The notes beneath the pieces are model-generated. The model had not been told where the DNA came from. It did no database searches and saw nothing but the letters and a program-made list of their open reading frames with translations. From Cupriavidus necator (GTDB taxonomy: Bacteria; Pseudomonadota; Gammaproteobacteria; Burkholderiales; Burkholderiaceae), in assembly GCF_016127575.1 (NCBI RefSeq), contig NZ_CP066019.1, positions 270,001 through 302,000 of the forward strand: 32,000 nt of DNA, read 5' to 3'. Shown piece after piece: positions 1 to 9,252 of this stretch; the first letter of the stretch is position 1, and each line of letters opens with the position of its first letter. A program made the position numbers and the translations under genes.

Positions 1-68
1 TGGTGAACGGGAGTTCGTGAAGCGGTAATTCCAGCTGTCGGCGACAGAGAACAGGCTGCGCGCGCCCG

Positions 69-1183
69 TTACCTGCGACGCGGCAGACGCACGTCAAACG
101 CGGTCCCTGTCTGGTCGGAGCGCGCCTCGATCGATCCCTGATGGGCCTTGGTAATCTCGCTCACTATATACAGCCCGAGTCCGAGGCCGTCCGCGTTTTT
201 GTGCTCCTGATCCGGGCCTCTCCTTAGCGGGTCAAAAAGGCGCTGCAGCGACAGCGGGTCAATGGCGGGACCACTGTTCCTGACCTCGAGACGGACTTCC
301 GCGTCATGGCCGGTGACTACAACGCGGACCGGCTCGTCCGGCGCGCCGTACCTTATCGCATTGAGCACCAGATTAGAAAGCAGTTGCTGCAGGCGCGGAC
401 CGTCCCAAATACCCTGCACGTTGTCCTTCACCTCAAGATCGATGCGGCGGGCCGGATACGCCGCACGCAACTGGTCCACGGTATCGGCAACCAAGTCAGC
501 CAGATCGACGTCGTCAGGCGTGATGTTGATACCCAAGCCGAGTTTTGTTCGGTTGAAATCGCACAGATCATTCAGAAGAGAATTCATGCGGGAACCACTT
601 CGAATCAGCCGGGCTGCAGCTTCCGATACCTTCTCCCCAGCGTTCAGCGCGCCAGATATGTGGCGGTCGTCTGGATGGTCTGCAGTGGGCTGCGCATATC
701 GTGCCCAACCATGCCGAGCAACAGGTCGCGAGCCTGCTCTACCTCCGAATGGAAAAAATCCACGGATTCCGCGACTGCCTGATCGATAGCCTCGTTGAAC
801 CGCATTACTTCGTCCAGATCCGGGGCGGCCGGCTGACATTCGTCAATCCACAAACGCAGCACGCTGGCGCGCAGCGCCCGGTATTCAGCGACCAGTTGAT
901 TGATGTTGAAGCCACCGCGCGCGCGCATGAGGGCGTGTGATTGTGCGGCGGTCTCCGGCGCACCGAGTAGCCTGGGGGCCTGCCCCATTGATTTTTTGCG
1001 TTGAGCTTCCCTCGTTTGCGGGGTCAACAAATCCTTCGCCACGGCTTGCAGGATCTGCGGTGCGTGGTCACGCAGCGCGAGGGAGTCCATGCTTCTTGCG
1101 GCAGGCAGCAGGGTGGTCGCAAACTCCTCCCATACCGCCACAATGCGCCCTGTATTCCGCAAGATGAAGTCAGCTAGTCGCAT
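69..1183 (-). pseudogene. Cytoplasmic sensor histidine kinase (RsbRD-like N-terminal domain, HisKA, HATPase_c) with its reading frame broken near 647..656
   Basis: Two minus-strand ORFs in different frames (644..1183 and 69..~660) together make one kinase. The N-terminal part starts MRLADFILRNTGRIVAVWEEF and carries the H-box GMVGHDMRSPLQTI. It stops at TGA 644..646 after TATYLAR. Homology resumes in another frame as ALNAGEKVSEAAARL, followed by the N-box LLSNLVLNAIRYG and the G-box DGLGLGLYIV. The break lies in a GCGCGC run (647..653). Confidence 0.6.
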
Positions 1184-1360
1184 GTCTCCCCCTGAAGCAA
1201 CTGAGCAAGCCCCGGAAATGCACTCTTGAGAATTTATCTTAGGCTAGTTGTCAGCGGTTCCAAGTAGCGTCGGAAACGGCCTGGAATGACCGATTCGGCA
1301 CAAACGTCGGTTGAGCCGTGGGGGCGAAATTCGTCTCCCGCAGATCCCTGGCGGCCCCGT

Positions 1361-2053
1361 TCAACGCCGTTGCAGGCCGCCAGACCTGTGCTTCCTGACC
1401 GCACGCAGCACCAGGCCCGCCAGCACCGCGACGACCGCCAGGATGCCGATGGCGACAAAGAAAGGTAAGGGCCGGTCGATTGCCAGGCTTTCCCCGGCGA
1501 CGACGATACCCAACGCATAGCCCGCTTCGGCGATGGCCATCGCGGCCAGGAATTTCCGGAAGGGGTAATGCATGGAGCCGAACAGATAACCGGGAATTTC
1601 CGACGGAACCGCGATACAGAACAGCAGCACCGCCCAGAATTTCATGCGCTGCGATACGTAGTCCTGGTATTTCGCGAGCTTGTCCTCGTAACCGCTACGG
1701 GCGAGCAATGGATAAGCCAGGCGGCCGATGCCGAAGGCGGCCACAGCGCCCAGCAGCCAGCCGCCCCAGAGCAGAACAATGGTGAGCGGCTTGCCCCACA
1801 CCTCGGTGGCCGGCGGCACCAGGACCACGCTCGAGGCGAAGGCGAGCATGGCAGACACGGCCGAGAACAGGAAGAAGACCAGCGCGCCTGCCGCGGGGTG
1901 CTGTTCCATCGTCGCCCGCGCCCAATCGATGGCCTGGTCGACGAAGGCCTTGAACGGAGGCGACAGGACGACCAGGCCAATCAGCACCGTCGCGGCGCCG
2001 ACTGCAAGCCAGAACCAGACGGGGCGCCGATTGGCAGACAATTTGCTCACCAT
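1361..2053 (-). CDS. TVP38/TMEM64 (DedA-related, SNARE-associated) family inner-membrane protein
   Basis: 230-aa ORF with an ATG at 2053. It has several long hydrophobic segments and a VPSEIPGYLFG-type motif typical of this family. The frame is GC3-rich. Confidence 0.65.
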   Translation of the reverse strand: MVSKLSANRRPVWFWLAVGAATVLIGLVVLSPPFKAFVDQAIDWARATMEQHPAAGALVFFLFSAVSAMLAFASSVVLVPPATEVWGKPLTIVLLWGGWLLGAVAAFGIGRLAYPLLARSGYEDKLAKYQDYVSQRMKFWAVLLFCIAVPSEIPGYLFGSMHYPFRKFLAAMAIAEAGYALGIVVAGESLAIDRPLPFFVAIGILAVVAVLAGLVLRAVRKHRSGGLQRR

Positions 2054-2147
2054 ACGAAATTAGAACCGCAGGCCGGGCCAAAGTTTCGAGGTGATTCCCC
2101 GAGGCCCGGTCCGCGACACCCCCGAATACGATGCGTTCGGCCCCGCC

Positions 2148-3149
2148 TCAGTCTTCCAGCTTCAGCCCGGTCTTCTTGACGAAGCTGTGCCAGCGCTCGT
2201 ATTGCTCGCGCGCATAGCGGTCTACGGTGGGACCATCGGTGGCCATGACCTCGAAGCCGGCCGCGGTCAGCTTTCGTTTGGTTTCCGGGTCCGACAATGC
2301 GGTCTGGAAATCTTCCGTCAGTTTCCTGACGACCGCAGGTGGGGTGGCTGCCGGTGCGAAGATGCCGATCCACGAGTAGGCCTCGAAGTCCGGGAACCCG
2401 GACTCGATGACGGTTGGAACATCGGGCAGGTCGGGCAGGCGGCGCGCGCCCGTCACGGCCAGCGGCTTGATCTTGTTGGCAGAGATCTGGCCCTTCAGGG
2501 CCGCATAGCTCAGCAGCGTGATGCTGGACACATTGCCCAGCACTGCCTGGACCGCGGGACCCCCGCCGGCGTACGGCACGTGCATCAACTCGACCCGAGC
2601 CTGCCGCTTCAGGTCCTCGGCCACAAGATGGTTCATCGAGCCAAGCCCGGTGGAGGCGTAGCTGTATTTGGACGGCTCACGCCGCGCAGCGTCGAGGAAG
2701 CTGCGCAGGTCCTTGCCAGGAACGGTGGGCGATGCGCCGATCACGAGCGGGAAGCGCACGGCAAACGTGACGCCAGTGAAGTCCTTGAACGTGTCATAGG
2801 GGAGCCTGGACTTCGCCACGGGGTTGATTGCATGCGTATCGAAGGCGACCAGCAGGGTATTGCCGTCCGGCGCGGATCGAGCCACGTACTGGGTAGCGAC
2901 CTGGCTGGCTGCGCCGGGCCGGTTTTCGATGACCACGGGCCGCCCGGCCGCCTCCGCCAGTTTCGGCTGGATGATGCGTGCGGCAATGTCGGTGCTGCCG
3001 CCGGGCGGGAAGGTGACCACCAGCTTCAGTGGCGTGGCATTGTCAGGCCCTGCTGCTGCCGTTGTCAGCGGCAGCAGCAGGCAGGCAAGGGCCACCACGC
3101 CGGCACCAAGCGCTTTCTGGCGGCCTGGTGCCGCAAGTCGGCTAGACAT
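2148..3149 (-). CDS. Bug/TctC-family tripartite tricarboxylate transporter substrate-binding protein (periplasmic)
   Basis: The signal peptide is MSSRLAAPGRQKALGAGVVALACLLLPLTTAAAG. The family signature is LKLVVTFPPGGSTDIAARI...VIENRPGA...APDGNTLLV. I chose the ATG at 3149 because GGAGAGG lies 5 nt upstream. The track ORF extends to 3227. Confidence 0.85.
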   Translation of the reverse strand: MSSRLAAPGRQKALGAGVVALACLLLPLTTAAAGPDNATPLKLVVTFPPGGSTDIAARIIQPKLAEAAGRPVVIENRPGAASQVATQYVARSAPDGNTLLVAFDTHAINPVAKSRLPYDTFKDFTGVTFAVRFPLVIGASPTVPGKDLRSFLDAARREPSKYSYASTGLGSMNHLVAEDLKRQARVELMHVPYAGGGPAVQAVLGNVSSITLLSYAALKGQISANKIKPLAVTGARRLPDLPDVPTVIESGFPDFEAYSWIGIFAPAATPPAVVRKLTEDFQTALSDPETKRKLTAAGFEVMATDGPTVDRYAREQYERWHSFVKKTGLKLED

Positions 3150-3214
3150 AGATACCTCTCCCATCGTTGAGCTTTGGTTCGGATCAGATAAGCGTTCTGG
3201 ACATGGCCTGGATG

Positions 3215-4909
3215 TCAGCCCATCCACTGGCTCACGGGTGCGGCGGTGTCCTGCAGTTCTTGTGAAATCACGTCGACCAGCGCCGGACCATCATGCTCCA
3301 GCGCCGCGCGAATCGCGGCATCGAGCTGTCCCGGGTCTTCCACGCGCCAGGCCTTGATGCCGAACGCCTCGGCAACGCGCGCGTGGTCCGTGCGGCTGAA
3401 ATCGACCGAGAAGTAGCGTTGTTCGTAGCCGGCCTTCTGGCTTGCCTTGATCCAGCCGTAGACGGCATTCGAGAACACGATCATCTTCAGCGGAATCTTG
3501 CGTCGCGTCAGCGTTTCCATCTCGCCGCAGGTAAAGCCGAAGCTGCCGTCGCCCATGACCGATACCACGGTCGCACGCGGGCGCCCAACGGCCGCGCCGA
3601 TCCCGGCCGACATCGAGAAGCCAAGGGCGCCGTGGGCCCGGTTGGTGATGAAATGGCGCCCAGGCTTGCTGGCGTTGTAATACGCGGAGAAATACGGGCA
3701 GGGCGTGCCGGGGTCGGCCACCACGACGGCGTCATCCGGCAGCAGCCGGTTGAGGGCATCCACCACGCGTTCCGGCTTGATCGGCACATCGAGCGAGGCT
3801 GCCAGCGGTGCGAAGGCGGCAAGCTTGGCGGCACGCGCGGCACCGGCCAGCGCGGCGCCGTCGGCGGCGTCGGACGGGCGGTGGGGCAGGCGGTCGCTCA
3901 CGGCGGCGTTGAGCGCCTTCAGGGCGAGCAGGGCATCGCCAACCATGGCGACGTCAGTGCGGTAGTTCGCGGCAATCACCATCGGATCCGCATCGAGATG
4001 CAGGATTGCGATGTCCCGCGACGGGAAGCGCCAATGCTCGGTGGTGGTCGAGCCGGCGCGGCAACCGATGAACAGCACGGCATCGGCCTTGGCGACGATC
4101 TCGCGCGTGGCCATGATGCCGCCATTGGCACCGACCACGCCGGTATTCAGCGGATGGGTGTCGGCCAGGCTGCCTTGCCCGCTGACGGTGGTGCAGACCG
4201 GGGCATTCAGCATGCCGGCCAGCGCTTCCAGTTCTGCGCAGGCGCCAGAGATGACCACGCCACCGCCGCAGATGATGACCGGCAGGCGCGCTGCGACCAG
4301 CCGCTGCGCTGCCCGTTCGATCTCGGCCGGGTCCGGCGCATAGCGCATGGCAGGGAAGCGGTCGTGGCCAGGCTGCGCCCATACCTCGGCAGCATCCACC
4401 TCATGCTTCTGCACGTCGTATGGCAAACACAGGTGCGCGGATCCGGGCTTGCCGGTGGTCATGGCGCGGAAGGCGCCGCGCACCGCGCCCGGGATCTGGT
4501 CGGCGCGGTCGATTGTGGTATTCCACTTGGTGAGGGGGCGGTACAGCGCTTCCTGGTCGAGTTCGGTCAGGGGGTACTTGCCGCGCGAGCCGACCGATAC
4601 GTCCGAGGTAATCCCAAGCACAGCCACTGAAGACTCATTGGCCTCGACCAGACCCGGCAGCAAGTAGGTGGCTCCGCCCCCACTGGGCCCCTCGCATACG
4701 CCAACCTTGCCGGTTACGCGGGCATAGGCGTCAGCCATGTAGCCGGCGCTGCGCTCATCGCGCGTCAGGATGTGGTCAATCCCATGGTCGAGGCGGGCCA
4801 TGGCGTCATAGAAGGGCAGGCTGGTATCGCCGCACAGCCCGAAGACGTGCTTTACACCATTCAGTTGAAGCATTCGGACCATGGCTTCAGCGCCGTTCAT
4901 CTTCGTCAT
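3215..4909 (-). CDS. Thiamine-pyrophosphate-dependent enzyme, acetolactate-synthase-like (COG0028 type), substrate unknown
   Basis: The N-terminal TPP-pyrimidine domain reads MTKMNGAEAMVRMLQLNGVKHVFGLCGDTS...GPSGGGATYLLPGL. The C-terminal TPP-binding motif reads VMGDGSFGF...VFSNAVYGW. The track ORF begins with TTG at 4924. The first ATG is at 4909, with GGAG upstream. Confidence 0.85.
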   Translation of the reverse strand: MTKMNGAEAMVRMLQLNGVKHVFGLCGDTSLPFYDAMARLDHGIDHILTRDERSAGYMADAYARVTGKVGVCEGPSGGGATYLLPGLVEANESSVAVLGITSDVSVGSRGKYPLTELDQEALYRPLTKWNTTIDRADQIPGAVRGAFRAMTTGKPGSAHLCLPYDVQKHEVDAAEVWAQPGHDRFPAMRYAPDPAEIERAAQRLVAARLPVIICGGGVVISGACAELEALAGMLNAPVCTTVSGQGSLADTHPLNTGVVGANGGIMATREIVAKADAVLFIGCRAGSTTTEHWRFPSRDIAILHLDADPMVIAANYRTDVAMVGDALLALKALNAAVSDRLPHRPSDAADGAALAGAARAAKLAAFAPLAASLDVPIKPERVVDALNRLLPDDAVVVADPGTPCPYFSAYYNASKPGRHFITNRAHGALGFSMSAGIGAAVGRPRATVVSVMGDGSFGFTCGEMETLTRRKIPLKMIVFSNAVYGWIKASQKAGYEQRYFSVDFSRTDHARVAEAFGIKAWRVEDPGQLDAAIRAALEHDGPALVDVISQELQDTAAPVSQWMG

Positions 4910-4968
4910 TCCAGGAGTCTCCAAGTCAGTGTCGAGCAGGCGAGATAAGAATACACTGCAGGATACAA

Positions 4969-4982
4969 TTAAGTATACTTAA
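4969..4982. promoter_or_regulatory. Perfect 14-bp palindrome TTAAGTATACTTAA in the divergent GntR/TPP-enzyme promoter region; candidate GntR operator
   Basis: The palindrome was read directly from the sequence. It is an AT-rich dyad with a GT..AC core inside an otherwise GC-rich 130-bp divergent intergenic region. FadR/GntR-family operators are typically short GT-N-AC palindromes. Confidence 0.35.
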
Positions 4983-5054
4983 ACTTGAAGGGATGGATGC
5001 GTCACCTGAAGGCTCGGCAGCGTCGGGTATGATCGCGGCCAACGAGGAATATCT

Positions 5055-5759
5055 ATGCAAGCAACCAACGGCATGAAGCCGCTGATCTCCGCTGTCAGGC
5101 GCAAACGGGGATCCGATGTCATCAGTCGATTGCGCGAGATGGCGATTTCCTACGAGCTCAAGCCGGGCGAACGACTCAATGAGATCGAACTGGCGGAACG
5201 CCTCGGCGTGAGCAGGACGCCAGTGCGTGAAGCGCTGACCCGGCTTGCCACCGAGGGCTTCCTGGTGGAGTCCAGCCGCGGCTATGTGCGCCGGCCGCTC
5301 GATATCCAGGAAATGCTGGACCTATACGAAGCACGCGTAACGATCGAGCGCGATTGCCTGCGCCTGGCGTTCGAGCGGGCCTCGGCCGAGAGCATCGAGG
5401 AGCTTGCGCGATACCTCGAGCACAGCAAGTCGGTGCCCGCAAATACCCCGATCCCGCAACTGGTGGAACTGGACGAAGGTTTTCACCTGCGCATCGCCGC
5501 CATGGCGGGCAACGCCGAACTCAAGCGGATGCTGGTCAGCCTGAACGAACGCATCCGGTTTATCCGCTGGATCGACATGGAGAATATCGGGCGCGATTCC
5601 ACCCAGAGCGAACACGCTGAAATCGTTCACGCCTTGCAGGCCCACGACTGGGAGAAGGGGGAAAAATGCCTGACTTCGCATATTGCCTTGCGGCGCGAGC
5701 AGATCGTCGAGGCCATTGCGAAAGGCCTCACCAGGATCTACCTGGCCGAACAGCGCTAG
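5055..5759 (+). CDS. GntR-family transcriptional regulator (FadR/FCD subfamily)
   Basis: The winged-HTH reads LKPGERLNEIELAERLGVSRTPVREALTRLATEGFL, followed by an all-helical FCD-type C-terminal domain. A GAGGAA RBS lies upstream of the ATG at 5055. Confidence 0.9.
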   Translation: MQATNGMKPLISAVRRKRGSDVISRLREMAISYELKPGERLNEIELAERLGVSRTPVREALTRLATEGFLVESSRGYVRRPLDIQEMLDLYEARVTIERDCLRLAFERASAESIEELARYLEHSKSVPANTPIPQLVELDEGFHLRIAAMAGNAELKRMLVSLNERIRFIRWIDMENIGRDSTQSEHAEIVHALQAHDWEKGEKCLTSHIALRREQIVEAIAKGLTRIYLAEQR

Positions 5760-5812
5760 CGGCCAGCCAATGCCGCCCCATCGGGCAGCCTAAGCTGTCC
5801 GGGCCGGTGCGG

Positions 5813-7615
5813 TCAGGCTCCCGCCATCGTTTCCGCACTGACTTCCCATCCTGCGTCAATGCCACCGGGCAGCATCTGGCCACGGTCCTCGCCAACCTCG
5901 GCATCAATCAGCTGATTCAGCTTTTCGTTCATGGCGACTAGTAGTTCCCGTTGCTTTTCGCCTGCCGCCAGGTTGTTCATCTCGAATGGATCGGTCTGCA
6001 GATCGTACAACTCAACGTCGTTGAACCGGTAGAGCTCCTCCAGGGTCGTCGGCTTGTTATGCTGCCTGGGGGAAAAATACCGTGCAAAGCTGTAGCGTCC
6101 ATCGTAGATCGAACGCACTGCGCCGCGCTTCATCAGGTCCGGGCGGATACCGGCCTGCTTGAGCTGGTCGGGCTTGCCACCGCCCTGCAGATGGGCAACA
6201 GCCTTGAAAAGAAAATCGCCATCCAGGTAGGCCAGCATGTTGTAGCAAAACAGCGCGCCATCGCGAATGGCGTTTGCTTCGGCTGCCCCAGGCTTTGCGA
6301 GCAAGCGGGAAAAATCCTTTCCCGGTAATCCCTTGACGATGGCTGCGCGCTTGTCAGTCGCGACGCCAGTCAATGCAACCAGGGTGGGCGCGATGTCCAG
6401 ATGCGAGGTGACGGCGCGACACTGCTTGCCACCGTGATAGGAGGGATGGGCAATGACCAACGGCACGTTGTTCTGCTCCCGATAGGAGACAGCGCCTTTT
6501 GCATGGAGCTGGTGGGCACCGTCCATGTCACCGTGATCCGATGTCAGGACTACGATGGTCTTGTCGGAAAGTCCTGCAGCATCGAGCGCGGCCAATACGG
6601 CAGCGATATTCCGGTCGACATCGCGCATGCAGTTCAGGTAATAGTTGTGCCGCCGGTGCCAGCGCGCGTCTTCATTTGGAATGGCTCCGACCAGGGCGTC
6701 GTGCGAGCGCAGGAAATCGCGGTGTGCCGCAGGGCGCCCCGGCGCGTCAAGCGCCTGTTTCCGGCTTGCCGGCAGCATGAATTGCCACTGCTTGCCGTAT
6801 AGCGGGTCGGCCGGGTCGCGCGCGACATGTGCGAGGCCGCGCATTGCCTGAACCTCGGTGCCGGGCGCGTCGGTGTCGTAGAACATCACGTCGTGCGGGT
6901 TGACGAGGTTGACGGCCAGGAACCATGGCTTTCCCTGTGCCGCGAGCTCGCTCCCTTTCCCGCGCAGCCAGCTCACACCCATTGCTGCAATCACCCCGTC
7001 GTGCAGGTACCCACCGCTGGTGTGGGCAATAATGTCGCCGATTCCGATGTAGTCGGAAAAGCCATAGGCTTCCATTTCCTGAGTGAAGATCTTGGTTGGC
7101 GTGCCAAGCTTGTTGACGGTTTCGAATTCCTTGGTGAGGTGCCACTTGCCCTTGTAGGCGGTGTAATAGCCGGCGTCACGCAGCATGTCACCGAGCGTCC
7201 GTATTTCTGTTGACATGCTGCTAATCCACGGGAAGTTCGTGTTGTCGAACATCCGGGTGTGCTGGATGTGCTGGCCCGTGTACAGAACTGAGCGGGACGG
7301 GGTGCAAACACATGAATTTATGCGGTGATTGACAAAGGTCGTACCGCGCTTCATCAAGCGTTCATGTGCAGGCAGGCCATAGCCCCTGGGCAACTCGCCA
7401 GGTCGGAAGTAGCGCTCCTGGTCAACAAGGATGAACAGGATGTTGTACGGTCCCGAAGGCAGGCTCCCAGCGGCCTGGGCCGCGTCGCTTGCCCCGGCTG
7501 GCGCATCCTTGGCATCCGCGCCTGCGCCAAGACCCAGGGCCATGGCCCCAATCCCGGTAGTCAGGAGGAAATCGCGCCGCGTCAATGTGCCGCCAGGCTT
7601 GTCGTCGTTGCTCAT
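5813..7615 (-). CDS. Tat-exported Cys-type sulfatase (arylsulfatase/choline-sulfatase-like)
   Basis: The twin-arginine leader is MSNDDKPGGTLTRRDFLLTTGIGAMALGLGAGADA. The formylglycine motif is CVCTPSRSVLYTGQ (C-x-P-x-R). The sulfatase core contains GKWHL and LTSDHGD. The ATG at 7615 is preceded by GGGAGAAG. The track ORF runs on to 7768. Confidence 0.85.
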   Translation of the reverse strand: MSNDDKPGGTLTRRDFLLTTGIGAMALGLGAGADAKDAPAGASDAAQAAGSLPSGPYNILFILVDQERYFRPGELPRGYGLPAHERLMKRGTTFVNHRINSCVCTPSRSVLYTGQHIQHTRMFDNTNFPWISSMSTEIRTLGDMLRDAGYYTAYKGKWHLTKEFETVNKLGTPTKIFTQEMEAYGFSDYIGIGDIIAHTSGGYLHDGVIAAMGVSWLRGKGSELAAQGKPWFLAVNLVNPHDVMFYDTDAPGTEVQAMRGLAHVARDPADPLYGKQWQFMLPASRKQALDAPGRPAAHRDFLRSHDALVGAIPNEDARWHRRHNYYLNCMRDVDRNIAAVLAALDAAGLSDKTIVVLTSDHGDMDGAHQLHAKGAVSYREQNNVPLVIAHPSYHGGKQCRAVTSHLDIAPTLVALTGVATDKRAAIVKGLPGKDFSRLLAKPGAAEANAIRDGALFCYNMLAYLDGDFLFKAVAHLQGGGKPDQLKQAGIRPDLMKRGAVRSIYDGRYSFARYFSPRQHNKPTTLEELYRFNDVELYDLQTDPFEMNNLAAGEKQRELLVAMNEKLNQLIDAEVGEDRGQMLPGGIDAGWEVSAETMAGA

Positions 7616-7857
7616 TGGCTTCTCCCTGCCTGATTGCGCGGCCCATGGCGGGTGGACGCTGTGCTGCCGCAGGCCCGCCCAGGCATGCGTAAGACAGTCT
7701 AGCAAGCGCACTTTTTGCCGCCAAGGCAGCGTGCGGCGCCGGCAGGAGGCGATGGTTGGCAACCACACACATTCGCGGCTCAGGCAGTCGAACTACGTTC
7801 CGCAGATGATCGGAGTGCGGACAAAATTCCCGACACCCTGGGACTGCGCTTTCCGGT

Positions 7858-9252
7858 TCACGACATATCCTCGATGGGATCTCGTTGCGAGCGAATCTCC
7901 TCAGGACTGAGGACGATATAGCCCAGCGACTTCAGCAACTGCACCGCCTCCAGCTCTGCGTCCAGGTACACCGGCCGTTCCGGGCGGCGCGGGCGCGGCG
8001 CGGGGGGCAGCCACGCGGCGCTGGCTTGCACGGCGGGCGCTCCCTGGCCGTCAGACCATCGCGCGGTCAGGATGCGGCAATGCTCCAGGTTGGGCTTCCA
8101 GGCAACGTCCACGGCGGCATTGAACCTGGCGGTGCAAAGCCGCAAGCGCTTCAGCGCCTTCAGCCAGTTGATGAAGGCATCACGCTCCGGTGGCTGGTAG
8201 CCCTTCAGCAAGGTAGCCAGGCTGTCCTGTGCAGTGGCGCTGTCGGCCGCCTGGTCGTCTTCGAGCAGGGCTAGCTCAAGTGCCACGTGCTGGCGGCCGT
8301 CGTGGTCATAGATTGCGCAGTCGGCGTCCAGCACGCCTTCGCGCAGCAGCTCGCACAGCAGTACCCAGGCCCTTGGATTCTTGTCGAACCGGCCTTCGAG
8401 GGTCGGGTCGATCTGGCTGAGGATCTCCGGGATCGGGCGCGCCTCGCCTGACTGGATGGCCAGGGCGAATGCCATCGCGTTGTCTGACGGCCTGGCACCG
8501 CTTGCCAGCATCTGCAATGACGTTTCCCAGAGTTCGCGGATTTCTGCCGCGGTATCCACGGCATGCATCCATGCATAGTCCTCCAGCGCCGCGCACAGCC
8601 TGCGCGCAGGCCTGGCCAGCTGGCCGGCCAGCGTCCTGATAAACCCCGTGCAATGCGCGCAGCGGCATTCCAGCCGGCCCGCATGCAGGAAACCGGCGTA
8701 CAGCCGTTCCTGGTGTCCGCAGTGTGCGCATTCGAGTGAAAAACCGCCTTGCCGTGCCGGCCGCTGCGAGGCCAGCAGCCCGTCGACCTGATAGTGCGCC
8801 AGTCCGTCGCAGCACGGGCAGATCCATTGCAGCTTGTGCGCGCCGTCCCGAGGCCGCGCGGCCCGGTCGAACTGGCGCTCGATGGCGCTGCGCGGAATTC
8901 CCTGCGCGCGCCCGACCACGTCTGCGCTGTAGCGCCAATAGCAGTACGAGTGGGCGGCAGCGGCCACCTCCGGAGAGAGGCGCTGCAGCTCCGGCAGCAG
9001 GCGGGGGCTGTGCCGGATCTCGTCGGCCATCGCATCGATCAGCGCTGGCCCGTCCGGCATCACCGCCTCAAGGGCGGCGCGGCTCTGTTCCAGGAAATCG
9101 GGCACGAAGACCCGGCGGATATAGTCCTCGTTCTCGAGCCAGAACAAGTGGCCGGGGAGGGCTTCCAGTACATCAACCCCTTCCCTGACTTCCGACATGC
9201 CGGCGCAGGCGAGAAACGTGAACGGCTTACTGAACAGGAAAGCGTCTGTCAT
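7858..9252 (-). CDS. Hypothetical cytoplasmic protein with a clustered Cys motif (putative zinc-ribbon pair); no family recognised
   Basis: The frame is long and GC3-rich with native-like codon usage. Its Cys cluster is CPCC-x26-CAHC-x17-CRCAHC, encoded at 8650..8820. There are no hydrophobic segments. The start is uncertain: the first ATG is at 9252 with no clear RBS, and the track ORF starts with TTG at 9354. Confidence 0.5.
   Translation of the reverse strand: MTDAFLFSKPFTFLACAGMSEVREGVDVLEALPGHLFWLENEDYIRRVFVPDFLEQSRAALEAVMPDGPALIDAMADEIRHSPRLLPELQRLSPEVAAAAHSYCYWRYSADVVGRAQGIPRSAIERQFDRAARPRDGAHKLQWICPCCDGLAHYQVDGLLASQRPARQGGFSLECAHCGHQERLYAGFLHAGRLECRCAHCTGFIRTLAGQLARPARRLCAALEDYAWMHAVDTAAEIRELWETSLQMLASGARPSDNAMAFALAIQSGEARPIPEILSQIDPTLEGRFDKNPRAWVLLCELLREGVLDADCAIYDHDGRQHVALELALLEDDQAADSATAQDSLATLLKGYQPPERDAFINWLKALKRLRLCTARFNAAVDVAWKPNLEHCRILTARWSDGQGAPAVQASAAWLPPAPRPRRPERPVYLDAELEAVQLLKSLGYIVLSPEEIRSQRDPIEDMS

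Noticed and set aside
2091-4630. Plus-strand ORFs of 359 aa (2091..3170) and 445 aa (3293..4630).
   Set aside because: They are antisense to the Bug receptor and the TPP enzyme. They have no motifs and a biased R/G/A composition.
3215-4909. The possibility that the TPP enzyme is sulfoacetaldehyde acetyltransferase (Xsc), linked to the nearby sulfatase.
   Set aside because: From memory, its N-terminal and TPP-motif regions resemble generic acetolactate-synthase-like proteins rather than Xsc. The sulfatase is separated from it by the GntR gene and is convergent with that gene. No other sulfonate genes are present.
7616-7768. N-terminal extensions of track ORFs. Examples are sulfatase to 7768, Ldh_2 to 31985, LuxR to 22731, dehydratase to 15849, MDR from 28443, Bug from 27178 and Bug to 3227.
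   Set aside because: Internal ATG codons with Shine-Dalgarno sequences coincide with the start of family homology or with signal and Tat peptides. The extensions overlap neighbouring genes or lack coding character.
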